IMG/VR virus record: IMGVR_UViG_3300008116_000018
Length of the DNA stretch: 64,000 nt
Origin: a virus
Direction: 5' to 3' (one strand)
Below the pieces are notes generated by a model, which did not search any database, was not told the DNA's origin, and saw only the letters and a list, made by a program, of their open reading frames with translations. The position numbers were made by a program, and so were the translations under genes. Positions 1 through 9,467 of the stretch are shown in pieces; the first letter of the stretch is position 1; every line of letters begins with the position of its first letter.

Positions 1-165
1 TTTGATTTTATGTGCTTGCCAAAATTCACTTTGAAAATTACGCAGAAATTCTTTAACGTGTGCGTTATCAGTTCTAACAGAGTCTAGTGCTAGATATTTT
101 GAATTCAATGTGCTTAAGTTTATATCTCCTAAGCCAGCATTAGTTATTAGAGGTTCCGTCTTCAT
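1..165 (-). CDS. hypothetical protein, partial (runs off window start)
   Basis: ATG at 165 overlapping the phoH end; open frame MKTEPLITNAGLGDINLS... to position 1. Confidence 0.5.
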   Translation of the reverse strand, partial: MKTEPLITNAGLGDINLSTLNSKYLALDSVRTDNAHVKEFLRNFQSEFWQAHKIK

Positions 166-799
166 GTTGTAGTTTCGCCAAAATATAATCTTTTACCAAT
201 GAGGAACGAACAATGTCATCTACAGTAAATTCAATCTTTGTGAATGCATTCATGTGATATGCAATGTCAAAGAATTTCAGAATACCTGATACATCATTCT
301 TCTTTTTATTCAAGTCAGTTTGGCGATAGTCTCCACACCAAATAATCTTAGAGCGATAGCCAACCCTTGTCATAACTGTATCTATCTCTTCGAATGTCAT
401 GTTTTGCATTTCATCAACAATAATGATAGCGTCATCAAATGACATACCACGAATGAATGATGTAGAGATAAATTCAATGTGTCCTTGTTCTTCTAATCTA
501 TCCCATGCATCTTTGCGACCAAAAAGTGTGTCGCAAATTTGACGATATGGTTGTTGATAGATTTCCATTTTCTCATTTACATCACCTGGCAAATGTCCGA
601 TCTCTCTTGATTGAACAGCAGAACGTACTACAATAATTTTATCAAATGGATTTGATTTGTCCATCACCTCTTCGATTGCTTTGTATAGCGCACAGAATGT
701 TTTACCTGTGCCTGCTACGCCATGAAGTGCTACGAAATAGTCACCACGTTTGTATGCATCAAAGAAAAGTTTTTGATTGTCTGTTAACTCTAAATCCAT
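140..799 (-). CDS. phoH: PhoH-family ATPase
   Basis: Walker A GVAGTGKT, IGHLPGD, FIRGMSF, IIIVDEMQN, GDYRQTDL, DIVRS motifs. Confidence 0.93.
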   Translation of the reverse strand: MDLELTDNQKLFFDAYKRGDYFVALHGVAGTGKTFCALYKAIEEVMDKSNPFDKIIVVRSAVQSREIGHLPGDVNEKMEIYQQPYRQICDTLFGRKDAWDRLEEQGHIEFISTSFIRGMSFDDAIIIVDEMQNMTFEEIDTVMTRVGYRSKIIWCGDYRQTDLNKKKNDVSGILKFFDIAYHMNAFTKIEFTVDDIVRSSLVKDYILAKLQHEDGTSNN

Positions 800-968
800 T
801 GTCTGGCTTTCGTAAGCCCAATCTAACAGGATCGCCTAATGATGGGGCGCCTAGCATAACAGATTCATAGTGAGGATTTTGTTCTAAGAATTCCTCTCTA
901 TCAGCAATTTTAAAAAGTTTCTCAATTATTTCGCCTGTCTCACGATGGCGAAAGTTGTATGTTGGCAT
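759..968 (-). CDS. FmdB-like small protein (C-terminus possibly altered)
   Basis: MPTYNF...GDPVRLGLRKPDNGFR pattern typical of T4-like FmdB-type proteins. Confidence 0.6.
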   Translation of the reverse strand: MPTYNFRHRETGEIIEKLFKIADREEFLEQNPHYESVMLGAPSLGDPVRLGLRKPDNGFRVNRQSKTFL

Positions 969-1515
969 TCTTTACTCCGTATAAGAACCACTCTGGTGTT
1001 TCTCTGTTTTTCCAATTAGCGAATCTCGCCTTATCATGTATATAGTAGTTTTGATACGAGCGAATAGAATCATTTGTCACTTTGTATATATCTGGCATCG
1101 CAGGCGTAGGTTCGGTGAATGGAATGTCAGCAATGTTCTCTGGAGGCATACAAAGATACTTTGCATATTTTTCACACGCATGATGCTTGCCGTATCGATG
1201 TGTATACTCAACCAATAGATGAGTCCACATCTGATACAGCCACATGTAGTTCTGTTTGCTTGCACGAACCCATATGTTTGACGGGTGATTAACGTGTGAT
1301 GCTTTCATTAAGCCATATTCAATGATTTCGTTTTTCATGCGCCAACGTTGAATGTTACGATTGTTCGCAGTCTTATCTATGAATTTGTCACCATCAAGAA
1401 CACGGTGTGCGGTAGACATGAGTTGTGCATACTCAATAATCATTTTGACAACGTGTTTATCTAAGTGCATTTCAGCACAGATTTTTGGTTCGTGATTCAG
1501 ATAGAATATGTTCAT
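940..1515 (-). CDS. pyrimidine-dimer DNA glycosylase-like protein
   Basis: MNIFYL...DKHVVKMIIEYAQLMSTAHR, H-x-NHP, YQNYY motifs. Confidence 0.75.
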   Translation of the reverse strand: MNIFYLNHEPKICAEMHLDKHVVKMIIEYAQLMSTAHRVLDGDKFIDKTANNRNIQRWRMKNEIIEYGLMKASHVNHPSNIWVRASKQNYMWLYQMWTHLLVEYTHRYGKHHACEKYAKYLCMPPENIADIPFTEPTPAMPDIYKVTNDSIRSYQNYYIHDKARFANWKNRETPEWFLYGVKNANIQLSPS

Positions 1516-1733
1516 ACGAAATCGTAAGTCTTTTCAAAAATAGGACCATCACAAATATAAAGTTCTCCGTCAATACCTTGCATAAGATAATCACCAGCTT
1601 TGCCTTGCTTGTAATTACCTTCTAAAGTATTCACACGAAAATCTTCGTCAATTTTTTTAGCATATATTACAATAGGACGTTTTCTACACGGCGACATGTC
1701 ATAAACGGTCTCGAATGTATCATAAGTTTTCAT
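1512..1733 (-). CDS. PGDYG-like small protein
   Basis: TLEG...AGDYLMQGIDGELY...IFEKTY pattern. Confidence 0.6.
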   Translation of the reverse strand: MKTYDTFETVYDMSPCRKRPIVIYAKKIDEDFRVNTLEGNYKQGKAGDYLMQGIDGELYICDGPIFEKTYDFV

Positions 1734-2152
1734 AGTCTCTCCACAAGTACTTTATCGCCTTGGTCTCTACCAAACGACATATTATCATAGTATACACGAA
1801 CAAGCCCCTTACGTGCAAGTGAAACGCATGTCACACACGCACCAAAGTAATTTACATTTTCGGTAATGTCATCAATGCATTGACTTGGCACACCTTCGGC
1901 ACGGGATAACATTTCTGTCATCAATACAACATCTTCTATACCATCATTGAATTCGCTATCACCTTCTTCAATGATTTCTGAAAGTGCTTGCAAGTTATCG
2001 TCAGAAATTGTTTTGAAAAATTTACCCAATGATGTATATGGATTACGCATCAACATCTTTGCAACAGATTTTGTGATTGGCAAAAGTTTATCTGAGTTAA
2101 TGATCTTTTCCATGCAAGGATGAGAATTCTCAAAGTCGATAGGGTCTTCCAT
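1730..2152 (-). CDS. hypothetical protein
   Basis: ORF with start/stop overlaps to both neighbours. Confidence 0.7.
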   Translation of the reverse strand: MEDPIDFENSHPCMEKIINSDKLLPITKSVAKMLMRNPYTSLGKFFKTISDDNLQALSEIIEEGDSEFNDGIEDVVLMTEMLSRAEGVPSQCIDDITENVNYFGACVTCVSLARKGLVRVYYDNMSFGRDQGDKVLVERL

Positions 2153-3069
2153 TAAATCTCCACGTATTTTAGTTTAAAGTCATCGGCACGATCTTCATAA
2201 TTAATGTATCCACGTGGATTACAAACAACCCTAGTGGTACCGATCATGTAATCAAAGTCTTCGTGCGTATGCCCGTGAGTCCACAATTTGATTTGTGGAT
2301 TGTCAAGAATAAATTGATCTAAGCGGCTACTATATGCGCCATTCACAATCACTTCAGTTTGATATCGTGGATGTGTAGATGCTTTGCTAGGCGCATGGTG
2401 CCCAACAACAACATACTTGTTTGTATTCTCACCAAGCATTGCAGTAGTCACTTGAATGTATTGTAACATTTTTTTGTGATCCTGTACAGTATCTTCTGGT
2501 GTGAATCTAGCTGGACGTTTATGAAATTCTGCTTGTTGAATTGGTTGCCCATTCTCATCTAACTTTACATTACCATCAGCATCGTATGCATTGACCATAG
2601 TCTTGTAAGATACCATTTCGGTGCTGTTTTGAATAATACGAAAGTCATTCATCACACCACGAATATGTGCAAGTGTAACAGGGTCTTGTGCGTTCATGTC
2701 GGTCCACAATGTACCACCAATGAATGTTACATTACCAAGCGTGACATGTTCTTTATCAAGAATGTGTAGATTCGGAATGTGTCCAAGATAGTTTCGCAGA
2801 ATAGTAAACGTTTCTGCATAGTCACCATTATAGTGTTCGTGATTACCTGCAACGTAAATGACTGAAGGGAATTCAAACGCACAACGGGAAAAGAAGTCAA
2901 TATAACGTTGACTTTTACCATGCTCTATAATTCCATATGCATCAGACTTACGAAAGTCTGCGGCAACGCAAATATCGCCAGACAGTATTAGTACGTCAGC
3001 GTTTTCTTCGTTCTTTAAAATTAAGTCACCAAATTCAAGGTGAACATCGGATGCAATAGCAATCTTCAT
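2152..3069 (-). CDS. calcineurin-like metallophosphoesterase
   Basis: SDVH, GD, GNHE, HHAP, HGHTH, NPRGY motifs. Confidence 0.92.
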   Translation of the reverse strand: MKIAIASDVHLEFGDLILKNEENADVLILSGDICVAADFRKSDAYGIIEHGKSQRYIDFFSRCAFEFPSVIYVAGNHEHYNGDYAETFTILRNYLGHIPNLHILDKEHVTLGNVTFIGGTLWTDMNAQDPVTLAHIRGVMNDFRIIQNSTEMVSYKTMVNAYDADGNVKLDENGQPIQQAEFHKRPARFTPEDTVQDHKKMLQYIQVTTAMLGENTNKYVVVGHHAPSKASTHPRYQTEVIVNGAYSSRLDQFILDNPQIKLWTHGHTHEDFDYMIGTTRVVCNPRGYINYEDRADDFKLKYVEI

Positions 3070-3077
3070 TTTTACTC

Positions 3078-3593
3078 TCAGTCTGTATGAGGTGGGAGAA
3101 CATATTCTTCACAATAAAATTTTAGTTTAGCAATAGTCTCATTTACATCTTTATGCAGTATAGTAATACCGCCAGCGGCTCCAAACGAATCAATTACGTC
3201 TGGAGTATCATCCACCAATATGGTTGTGGATCTTGCGTATTCGGCTTTCAATTTGCGCCCAGGCACAGTATTTATTTTAAATTCAATACCACGTTCGCAA
3301 AGCCATTGTGTTTTTTGAATTGTCACTTCGCTGTGATACTTTAGTCCACCACTTGAAGTCAACATTTCAATTTGAATGTCTGGTATAGTTCGCACGTAGG
3401 CAAGCAATTCTTTTCCGCCTTCGTACCAATCTAATGTCGCAAAGTTTTCACCTTCAATAAATTTAGTCCAGTTGGAAGAAAAGTTTTTTCTGTCTCTAGA
3501 CGAACCAGGACTTTCGCCAAAAAGTTCAAAGTAACGTTTCTCAAAGTTACAAAGAACACCATCCATGTCGAGATACAGTTTAGTTATAGCCAT
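3078..3593 (-). CDS. HAD-family 5'(3')-deoxyribonucleotidase-like
   Basis: DMDGVL, LTS, K-x-x-W, LVDD motifs. Confidence 0.85.
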   Translation of the reverse strand: MAITKLYLDMDGVLCNFEKRYFELFGESPGSSRDRKNFSSNWTKFIEGENFATLDWYEGGKELLAYVRTIPDIQIEMLTSSGGLKYHSEVTIQKTQWLCERGIEFKINTVPGRKLKAEYARSTTILVDDTPDVIDSFGAAGGITILHKDVNETIAKLKFYCEEYVLPPHTD

Positions 3594-3702
3594 ACAATCA
3601 ATCCAACTATTACGATAAACACAAAGTATTCCATAAGAGTAAAATTTGTCATTAGTTTATAAACCCAGTCGTTTCTTAACAATTTTTCATACAGTGAAAG
3701 TT

Positions 3703-3861
3703 TCATTCTGACATTCTCGCAATCAAATCTTGTAAAACAGGTTCTATCTCAAAAACGGGAATGCTTGACATATACTGTACATATGTTATAACGTCAGTAC
3801 CAGTCAAGCCTGTGTCCCATGCTTCAAGGATGTATCGTTCTATTACTGCACGGTCATCCAT
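3703..3861 (-). CDS. small hypothetical protein
   Basis: GGAG Shine-Dalgarno before MDDRAV... Confidence 0.6.
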   Translation of the reverse strand: MDDRAVIERYILEAWDTGLTGTDVITYVQYMSSIPVFEIEPVLQDLIARMSE

Positions 3862-3877
3862 ATCACTCCAATCAATA

Positions 3878-4342
3878 TCAAGTTCGAATATATGCTTCGG
3901 CAAATTCACGGTCTTCAAAGTCCGCAACGTCTGTGTCGATTTCATCTAACAGGTTGACAGGTTTCTTTGCAGAAGACTTCGCCATTGCAGACATAATTCC
4001 ATCAAGGGAATCGCCAGCACGAACAGGCACAGGAGTAACTTTCTTCGCTTTTGCAACAACAGGCTTAGCCGCTTTGACAACTGGAGCCTTAACAGCCTTC
4101 ACTTTGGCAGGCTTTGCAACAGGTGCAGTACCAGCGCCAACGAGTTCATAACTCACAACTGTGCGGCCATCACGATTGGCACGAACAGCAAAGCCCGTGT
4201 TTTTCTTGATTTCCCACAGATAAGTAGAAAGGCGAGTCGCAACGATACCATCAATCGCACGAATTGTGCTAACAGGTACAGGTGCTTTTGCGTTTTGCAA
4301 AACTTCAAAAATTTTTGTGTATTGTTGAACAGATTTAGTCAT
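3878..4342 (-). CDS. winged-helix protein with K/A/P-rich linker and acidic tail
   Basis: N-terminal wHTH-like pattern (RLSTYLWEIKK...VVSYEL); histone-H1-like AKPAKVKAVKAP region. Confidence 0.6.
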   Translation of the reverse strand: MTKSVQQYTKIFEVLQNAKAPVPVSTIRAIDGIVATRLSTYLWEIKKNTGFAVRANRDGRTVVSYELVGAGTAPVAKPAKVKAVKAPVVKAAKPVVAKAKKVTPVPVRAGDSLDGIMSAMAKSSAKKPVNLLDEIDTDVADFEDREFAEAYIRT

Positions 4343-4403
4343 AATATAATTTCCTTAAAAGAGTTAACTAAGAGATACATGGTAACACACCATGTGGTGT
4401 TTG

Positions 4404-4817
4404 TCAAGCGGTAACAACAAAAGGTTTGTTCCACTTGCCAACGTTGATATGAGCATAGTAGGCGGTATCGAAATAATCCGTCATCGCATCACTATTATCA
4501 TAATAATCACCAGAATACATTGCAGTAACGATTTTGGTCATTAGTTCTTTTGCCTTACCAGAGTAGTGGCTCTGATAATGGTATGGATTCACTTGGTCGT
4601 AACCAGTGCCATTGGGACGAAAACCACGGGATACTTGGTAGAAGTCAGCGGCACAAGTTTCGTTAGAGTTAGCAATAAAATCAACAGGCGCAGATTTGAT
4701 TGTGCATGTGATAGAGAGACTATCGCAACGCAAGGAATATTTAACGCCAGTACCTTTGAGGGCGGCATCCAAGTTTGCTTTAATCTTCGCTTTGCGTTCT
4801 TGATTCATATAAGCCAT
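4404..4817 (-). CDS. conserved phage protein (LPD29-like)
   Basis: DNSDAMTDYFDTAYY C-terminal motif. Confidence 0.55.
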   Translation of the reverse strand: MAYMNQERKAKIKANLDAALKGTGVKYSLRCDSLSITCTIKSAPVDFIANSNETCAADFYQVSRGFRPNGTGYDQVNPYHYQSHYSGKAKELMTKIVTAMYSGDYYDNSDAMTDYFDTAYYAHINVGKWNKPFVVTA

Positions 4818-4819
4818 GT

Positions 4820-4993
4820 TCAATTCACTCCATAAAAAATAGCGTCTTCATCATACGAATGGGATGCATACATCATCATATCGTGGTAAGCATTCATTGT
4901 ATCAAGGAAGTCCTGATAAGTCAAGTCAATTTGTTCTTCTTGTTGCATAAAAGCAACAGTCTGTAATTCAGCATTAATCAAATCAATATTCAT
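4820..4993 (-). CDS. small acidic protein (57 aa, not in ORF track)
   Basis: AAGGA SD; MNIDLINAELQ...SYDEDAIFYGVN; directly downstream of a promoter. Confidence 0.7.
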   Translation of the reverse strand: MNIDLINAELQTVAFMQQEEQIDLTYQDFLDTMNAYHDMMMYASHSYDEDAIFYGVN

Positions 4994-5025
4994 AATTAGT
5001 CCTTAATCTCACAACCAACACCTTA

Positions 5026-5087
5026 AGTATCGCATGAAAACCACCACCTGTCAAGGGTTTTTTCGGTAATGTTGCAAAAAAACGACA
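5026..5087 (-). promoter_or_regulatory. sigma70 promoter with upstream TGTTG-N8-C(G)ACA palindrome
   Basis: TTGACA-17-GATACT; palindrome 5070-5087. Confidence 0.75.
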
Positions 5088-5170
5088 GAATTAGGGCGGT
5101 TTTAGGCGGCTTTTAGATATAAGTCAATGCTAGAGTACATCCGAACCCTCAGAGTCGCCCAAACGGCGGT

Positions 5171-5431
5171 CTAGGGCGTCAAATCGGCATCTATCTTCCT
5201 GTAATAAATCCCACAACAAAACCAAACGTTCGAATACACCAATCCGTAGTATGGAATCAACAGTTCTAAAGCGGCAATGAGGGCGGCATTATTCACAACA
5301 TCTTCTGGATGTAACCATTTTCCTTCTTTATAATCTTCAAGTTCTTTTCGCAAATATTTTAGTTGGTCTTGCAAAGTTAGCAAGGTAATTTTATCTGCAA
5401 TATCATAGTCAAGCATAAGCCCTTTACTCAT
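5171..5431 (-). CDS. hypothetical protein
   Basis: ORF with GAGG SD. Confidence 0.55.
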   Translation of the reverse strand: MSKGLMLDYDIADKITLLTLQDQLKYLRKELEDYKEGKWLHPEDVVNNAALIAALELLIPYYGLVYSNVWFCCGIYYRKIDADLTP

Positions 5432-5434
5432 AAT

Positions 5435-5623
5435 TCACCTCAAAAATGTTTTAGCAATTTTATCTGCACAATAATGTCCATCTTTACCATTGTCGCCCAT
5501 CTCTTCGCATATGTTTAGGCATTCTTGAATAATCAACTTGGCAAATTTTTCTAGGTTGTTATTCACAAAATTTAAACTGACACAATCACTTTCGACCATT
5601 AATTTGTAAATTCGTTCGTTCAT
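5435..5623 (-). CDS. hypothetical protein
   Basis: MNERI...LEKFAKLIIQEC pattern common in phages. Confidence 0.65.
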   Translation of the reverse strand: MNERIYKLMVESDCVSLNFVNNNLEKFAKLIIQECLNICEEMGDNGKDGHYCADKIAKTFLR

Positions 5624-5853
5624 GCGAATTCCTCAATGTCAAATTTAGTCATAACAATTTGACCCTTAACTTTCTTTGGATAGAATTCTGGTGCTGTCAT
5701 TGTCTCTGCAACGAGAATCTTACCAATTGCAATCCATTCAACAAGTGGCATTGCAGTATCAGTATACGCTTCAAGATATTCTTGGCATTCGGCAAAAGAT
5801 TTGAATTGCTTAGAGTCAAGTGTGTTTGTCAATTTTGGTTTTGCGAGTAACAT
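5620..5853 (-). CDS. hypothetical protein
   Basis: ORF with SD, coupled to neighbour. Confidence 0.65.
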   Translation of the reverse strand: MLLAKPKLTNTLDSKQFKSFAECQEYLEAYTDTAMPLVEWIAIGKILVAETMTAPEFYPKKVKGQIVMTKFDIEEFA

Positions 5854-5856
5854 AAT

Positions 5857-6078
5857 TTATTCCTTATAAACAAGTGAGGAGGTACCATCGTAACGTGAAA
5901 TGTCTTCGTTCCATGAAGGCGGTTGTCCACATTCAAAATGCGCCACATCCCGTCCCTCAATGTCTTCTTCAACATTCAATATATCAACTTCATCGGTGTA
6001 GTGCCAATCGTGGCACCACTCACAATAAACTTTGAATCTGTCTTCTGCCATTTTTCGTTTGCTTTGAAAGCCAGTCAT
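5857..6078 (-). CDS. small Zn-ribbon-like protein
   Basis: CEWC...FEC; GGAG SD before MTGFQ. Confidence 0.6.
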   Translation of the reverse strand: MTGFQSKRKMAEDRFKVYCEWCHDWHYTDEVDILNVEEDIEGRDVAHFECGQPPSWNEDISRYDGTSSLVYKE

Positions 6079-6080
6079 GT

Positions 6081-6512
6081 TCACTCCGCAGAAATTGGAT
6101 CTAAACAGAATTGTGCAAAGTCTTCCCATGTGCCATCAAATATAACTTGATTGTGTCCACTATCATATACAGTATTGCAATTCTGCACAATCACTTTGTC
6201 TTCATACACATGGTATTCATAGTCTTGGCTGTAATCACGACCAAGCACAGGTGCGTAAATATAAATTCCACCAACACCGTGTTTCAACTGAACAACCAAT
6301 TGTGCGGCAAGACAACTCATGCCATTTGCTTCAACTTCTAAGTCAACACCACCAAAGCCATTGACGAGGGTTTTAGAACCTAAAAACTGAGCAAGTTCAT
6401 GTCCATGCCCTGAAGGATATCCATCGTATTGACGATAGATGCACATGATTGGTTCAGATTCACCAGTGTCACCAGTAGAATCATAAACAAAAGTTAAAGA
6501 CCGAGTACCCAT
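6081..6512 (-). CDS. conserved phage protein
   Basis: MGTRS...YRQYDGYPSGHG motif. Confidence 0.75.
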   Translation of the reverse strand: MGTRSLTFVYDSTGDTGESEPIMCIYRQYDGYPSGHGHELAQFLGSKTLVNGFGGVDLEVEANGMSCLAAQLVVQLKHGVGGIYIYAPVLGRDYSQDYEYHVYEDKVIVQNCNTVYDSGHNQVIFDGTWEDFAQFCLDPISAE

Positions 6513-6700
6513 TACATATTCTCCTTTGCCATATCATAACCATTCATAAAATCATCATTGGAAAACAACAAGTCATTCCAACGCTTCTCAACAATTTTTT
6601 CAACCCATTCAACTGGACATCCAACTTGCTCTGCAATTTCTTCGCAAAGCATAACTGTAGTGTCTAGTATCTCATTAATTTCAATTTCAATATCGCTCAT
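6512..6700 (-). CDS. small HTH-like protein
   Basis: EEIAEQVGCPVEWV helix-turn-helix pattern. Confidence 0.55.
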   Translation of the reverse strand: MSDIEIEINEILDTTVMLCEEIAEQVGCPVEWVEKIVEKRWNDLLFSNDDFMNGYDMAKENM

Positions 6701-6864
6701 TATGCATCCTCACGCATTACACTAACACCAATCAACATGCCGATTAGCCCGCCAATTGCAACCATCATTAGGGTCAACAAGTCGGCATCAGGATTCACTT
6801 CAATACCACCAACGGCACCAAAAACAATTAGAAAACTCACAAGCATTATAATAGAACCACGCAT
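6700..6864 (-). CDS. small two-TM membrane protein (not in ORF track)
   Basis: MRGSIIMLVSFLIVFGAVGG...; TAATG coupling at both ends. Confidence 0.65.
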   Translation of the reverse strand: MRGSIIMLVSFLIVFGAVGGIEVNPDADLLTLMMVAIGGLIGMLIGVSVMREDA

Positions 6865-7040
6865 TAATTCCAACTCCTAACATTAAGTACTTCAATTTCA
6901 ACAAATTCATCCTCAATATCATCAGGTATTTGTTTTTCAACGGTATTAGCAAAATACACAGCGGCATCATTATTATCAAATGCCTTCAAATTGACCCAAC
7001 CATTCTCAGGACTAAAACTCTTAACGATATAAACTTCCAT
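6864..7040 (-). CDS. small acidic protein (not in ORF track)
   Basis: MEVYIVKSFSPENGW...; first gene after the 7070-7131 promoter. Confidence 0.65.
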   Translation of the reverse strand: MEVYIVKSFSPENGWVNLKAFDNNDAAVYFANTVEKQIPDDIEDEFVEIEVLNVRSWN

Positions 7041-7069
7041 TTTAATCTCTTTTCAACTGAACAAATTCT

Positions 7070-7131
7070 AGTATAGCACAACGGGAAACAATGTCAACAA
7101 CTATTTTCATTATTGTTGTTTTCTCGCAACA
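7070..7131 (-). promoter_or_regulatory. palindrome-associated sigma70 promoter
   Basis: TTGACA-16-TATACT; AAAATAGTTG abutting the -35; TGTTG-N8-CAACA at 7114-7131. Confidence 0.85.
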
Positions 7132-7355
7132 CCAGAAATTTGCCATAATTTCTCTTCACCCTCATAATCGTGGGCATAAACAGAAAGTTTTTTTCCGTAT
7201 GCTTCGATAGTACCCCAATTATCATAAACATTATTCGGGTCTGGTTCTACAGTAACGTTCCGCATAATCTCACAATAACCTTTTTGTCCCGTAGGCAATT
7301 TGCTTTTAAAATATTTGTAACTATCGGGATAAGTAATAAAGATTTTAGATTTCAT
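7110..7355 (-). CDS. hypothetical protein
   Basis: ORF MKSKIF... between two promoters. Confidence 0.6.
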   Translation of the reverse strand: MKSKIFITYPDSYKYFKSKLPTGQKGYCEIMRNVTVEPDPNNVYDNWGTIEAYGKKLSVYAHDYEGEEKLWQISGVARKQQ

Positions 7356-7378
7356 AAATTTCTCACTCAACAGAATCT

Positions 7379-7440
7379 ATTATACAGGAATTGGTGGGTA
7401 TGTCAACAACTATTTTCATAGTTGTTGTTTTTTTGCAACA
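7379..7440 (-). promoter_or_regulatory. palindrome-associated sigma70 promoter
   Basis: TTGACA-16-TATAAT; palindrome 7423-7440. Confidence 0.85.
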
Positions 7441-7442
7441 CC

Positions 7443-7934
7443 TCAACCTTGAGATATGACTTTGTATATTTTACACACCATGGCTGGATCACTTTCACCA
7501 TAGACATATACTACTGAGTTCATAACCCTAACCAAGTTTGCATAATGTATATTCAGATGTGCTTTGAATTTTTTTTCTATATTTACTTTATTTGCCTTAG
7601 GTCTCAGCACTTTTTGGTAATGCTTTGCATTTCCTTTTGCATCAGTCCATTCTAAATTCGAAAGACGGTTATCATCTTTCTTACCATTTTTATGATTGAC
7701 AATAGGTAAATTTTTAGGATTTTTAATAAAACATTGTGCGATCAAACGATGAACTTGAAAATGCTTTATTACTTTATCATCATTCGATAGTGCAATTTTA
7801 CGATACCCGGACGCCGTGAGTGAATCTCTTAATTCAACTTTTTTGCCAAGGCGTTTATCAGAGTAAACTTTACCTTCTTTAGAAACATAGTAACCAGAGA
7901 ATCCAGGAATAGATTTTAAATTTTTGACTGTCAT
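7443..7934 (-). mobile_element. NUMOD4-HNH homing endonuclease (free-standing)
   Basis: IPGFSGYYVSKEGKV (NUMOD4); VHRLIA...VNHKNGKKDDNRLSNLEW (HNH); very AT-rich. Confidence 0.9.
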
Positions 7935-7935
7935 T

Positions 7936-8685
7936 TTAAGCCGCTTTCAACATAAGAGTAGGATATTTCACAAAACCAGTGGTATCTTTTTTAGCTTTAC
8001 CTTTTGCATACAAGCCAACAACAACACCTTTAGGATCAAGGAAACGCAGGTCAGATTCGTCACCATTGAAAACTGGCATACCGATGTAAGTCTCAGGCAT
8101 TGGCAAAGTTTTCTTAATACCGAACACTGTAGCAACATTATACCCTTGTTGGATTGCTTTTGCAACATCGGCATCATTGCCATCGGCAACTGAGAATGTC
8201 AAATGATAATTAGCGATATCAACAATTTTACGACCAAGCACCTTGGTGTAGTCATAGAATTGGACTTCAGGAAAAGCAGTGAACATGTTACGGAACAATT
8301 GTCCGTTACGAACAACTTCATACTTTTCGAATGCAAGGTCGGAAGTGCCATTCAAACGGAACACAGGAACAAGGTTCATCCGTTTGCTTTGCTTAATTGC
8401 TAATTCAATATCAGCAACCAGCAGGTTCATAAAATCAATACGATTTTCGAAAAACATTTTGGTTTTGCGAATACGTGCCTTTTGAATAACGTTGGTGAAT
8501 TCACCACGCTTAAACATACCACCACGACCAGCAGTATTCAAACAGGCGGAAGTACATCCAGCGGTACGCTTAGGGCAAGTTTCATAGCCACTCAAATCAG
8601 CGGGAGCCAAATGCAGAATGTAGGTATTGTAACCTTGTGACATTCCTTTGAGGACTTTAGGATTTCCAGTAGATAGCAGTTTCAT
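7936..8685 (-). CDS. GP88-like Cys-cluster protein
   Basis: CP-x4-C-x3-CL, RLNGTSD, QFYDYTK, NYHLTFS, GDESDLRFLD. Confidence 0.7.
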   Translation of the reverse strand: MKLLSTGNPKVLKGMSQGYNTYILHLAPADLSGYETCPKRTAGCTSACLNTAGRGGMFKRGEFTNVIQKARIRKTKMFFENRIDFMNLLVADIELAIKQSKRMNLVPVFRLNGTSDLAFEKYEVVRNGQLFRNMFTAFPEVQFYDYTKVLGRKIVDIANYHLTFSVADGNDADVAKAIQQGYNVATVFGIKKTLPMPETYIGMPVFNGDESDLRFLDPKGVVVGLYAKGKAKKDTTGFVKYPTLMLKAA

Positions 8686-8718
8686 AAATTCCGTTCGTTT
8701 TCTTAATCTCTAGACTCT

Positions 8719-8780
8719 AGTATAACAGAATGGGAATACTAGTCAACAACTATTTTCGGAAATGTTGCAGAAAAACAACG
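8719..8780 (-). promoter_or_regulatory. palindrome-associated sigma70 promoter
   Basis: TTGACT-16-TATACT; palindrome 8763-8780. Confidence 0.85.
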
Positions 8781-8781
8781 C

Positions 8782-8804
8782 AAAAAACCGCCTTTTGGGC
8801 GGTT
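8782..8804 (-). terminator. intrinsic terminator
   Basis: AACCGCC-CAAAA-GGCGGTT hairpin followed by a U-tract. Confidence 0.75.
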
Positions 8805-8863
8805 CTTCTAGTCTCGGAGAGGTATGAGTACAGTCTATAGCAAAAACCCGCCCAAAAGCCTGG

Positions 8864-9301
8864 TTATGGGGTCGCTTTATGCCAGTTTTTGATTGCTTTT
8901 TCTAAGTCTTTGAATGCTTCGTCTTCCTCAAACGTGGTATTAGTACCTTGGTTCTCAGAACCAGATATTGTAACTTTACTGTAATTTGTATTGTCCCAAT
9001 TATTGTCGTTCATTGTCGGAAAACTAAATTCGTATTCTTCCTTAAGTGTATCGAATGTAAATTCTTCTTCGCCGCCTTCAGTTTCTTCATCACGAACCGC
9101 ATCCCACACAGTTTGAAATTTTTCATACAATGTAGAATCGATATCGTCAATCATACCTTCCATTGTGTAGATTGCAGATTGCAATACTTTAACATCCACG
9201 TAGTTTTCTGAACCAGCAACAAGAAGTTTAAAGAGGTTTTTAAATTCTCCAACTCGAATGATTGCAGATTCTAGGTCGGTTAATTCGTTCCAGTGTTTCA
9301 T
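8864..9301 (-). CDS. acidic hypothetical protein
   Basis: ORF coupled to upstream gene. Confidence 0.7.
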   Translation of the reverse strand: MKHWNELTDLESAIIRVGEFKNLFKLLVAGSENYVDVKVLQSAIYTMEGMIDDIDSTLYEKFQTVWDAVRDEETEGGEEEFTFDTLKEEYEFSFPTMNDNNWDNTNYSKVTISGSENQGTNTTFEEDEAFKDLEKAIKNWHKATP

Positions 9302-9467
9302 ATCGACTCCATTTTCATTTGTTGATTGTTTTGTTGTGGTTGTTCACGAACAGATTCTTTGATAGTGTTTTGAAATTTACTAACACTACTATCTATAAGC
9401 ATAGCAATACCAGAAGTTCCTGCTGTTGCTAAAAAGATACCAACAGCGCATCCACATATAAATTTCA

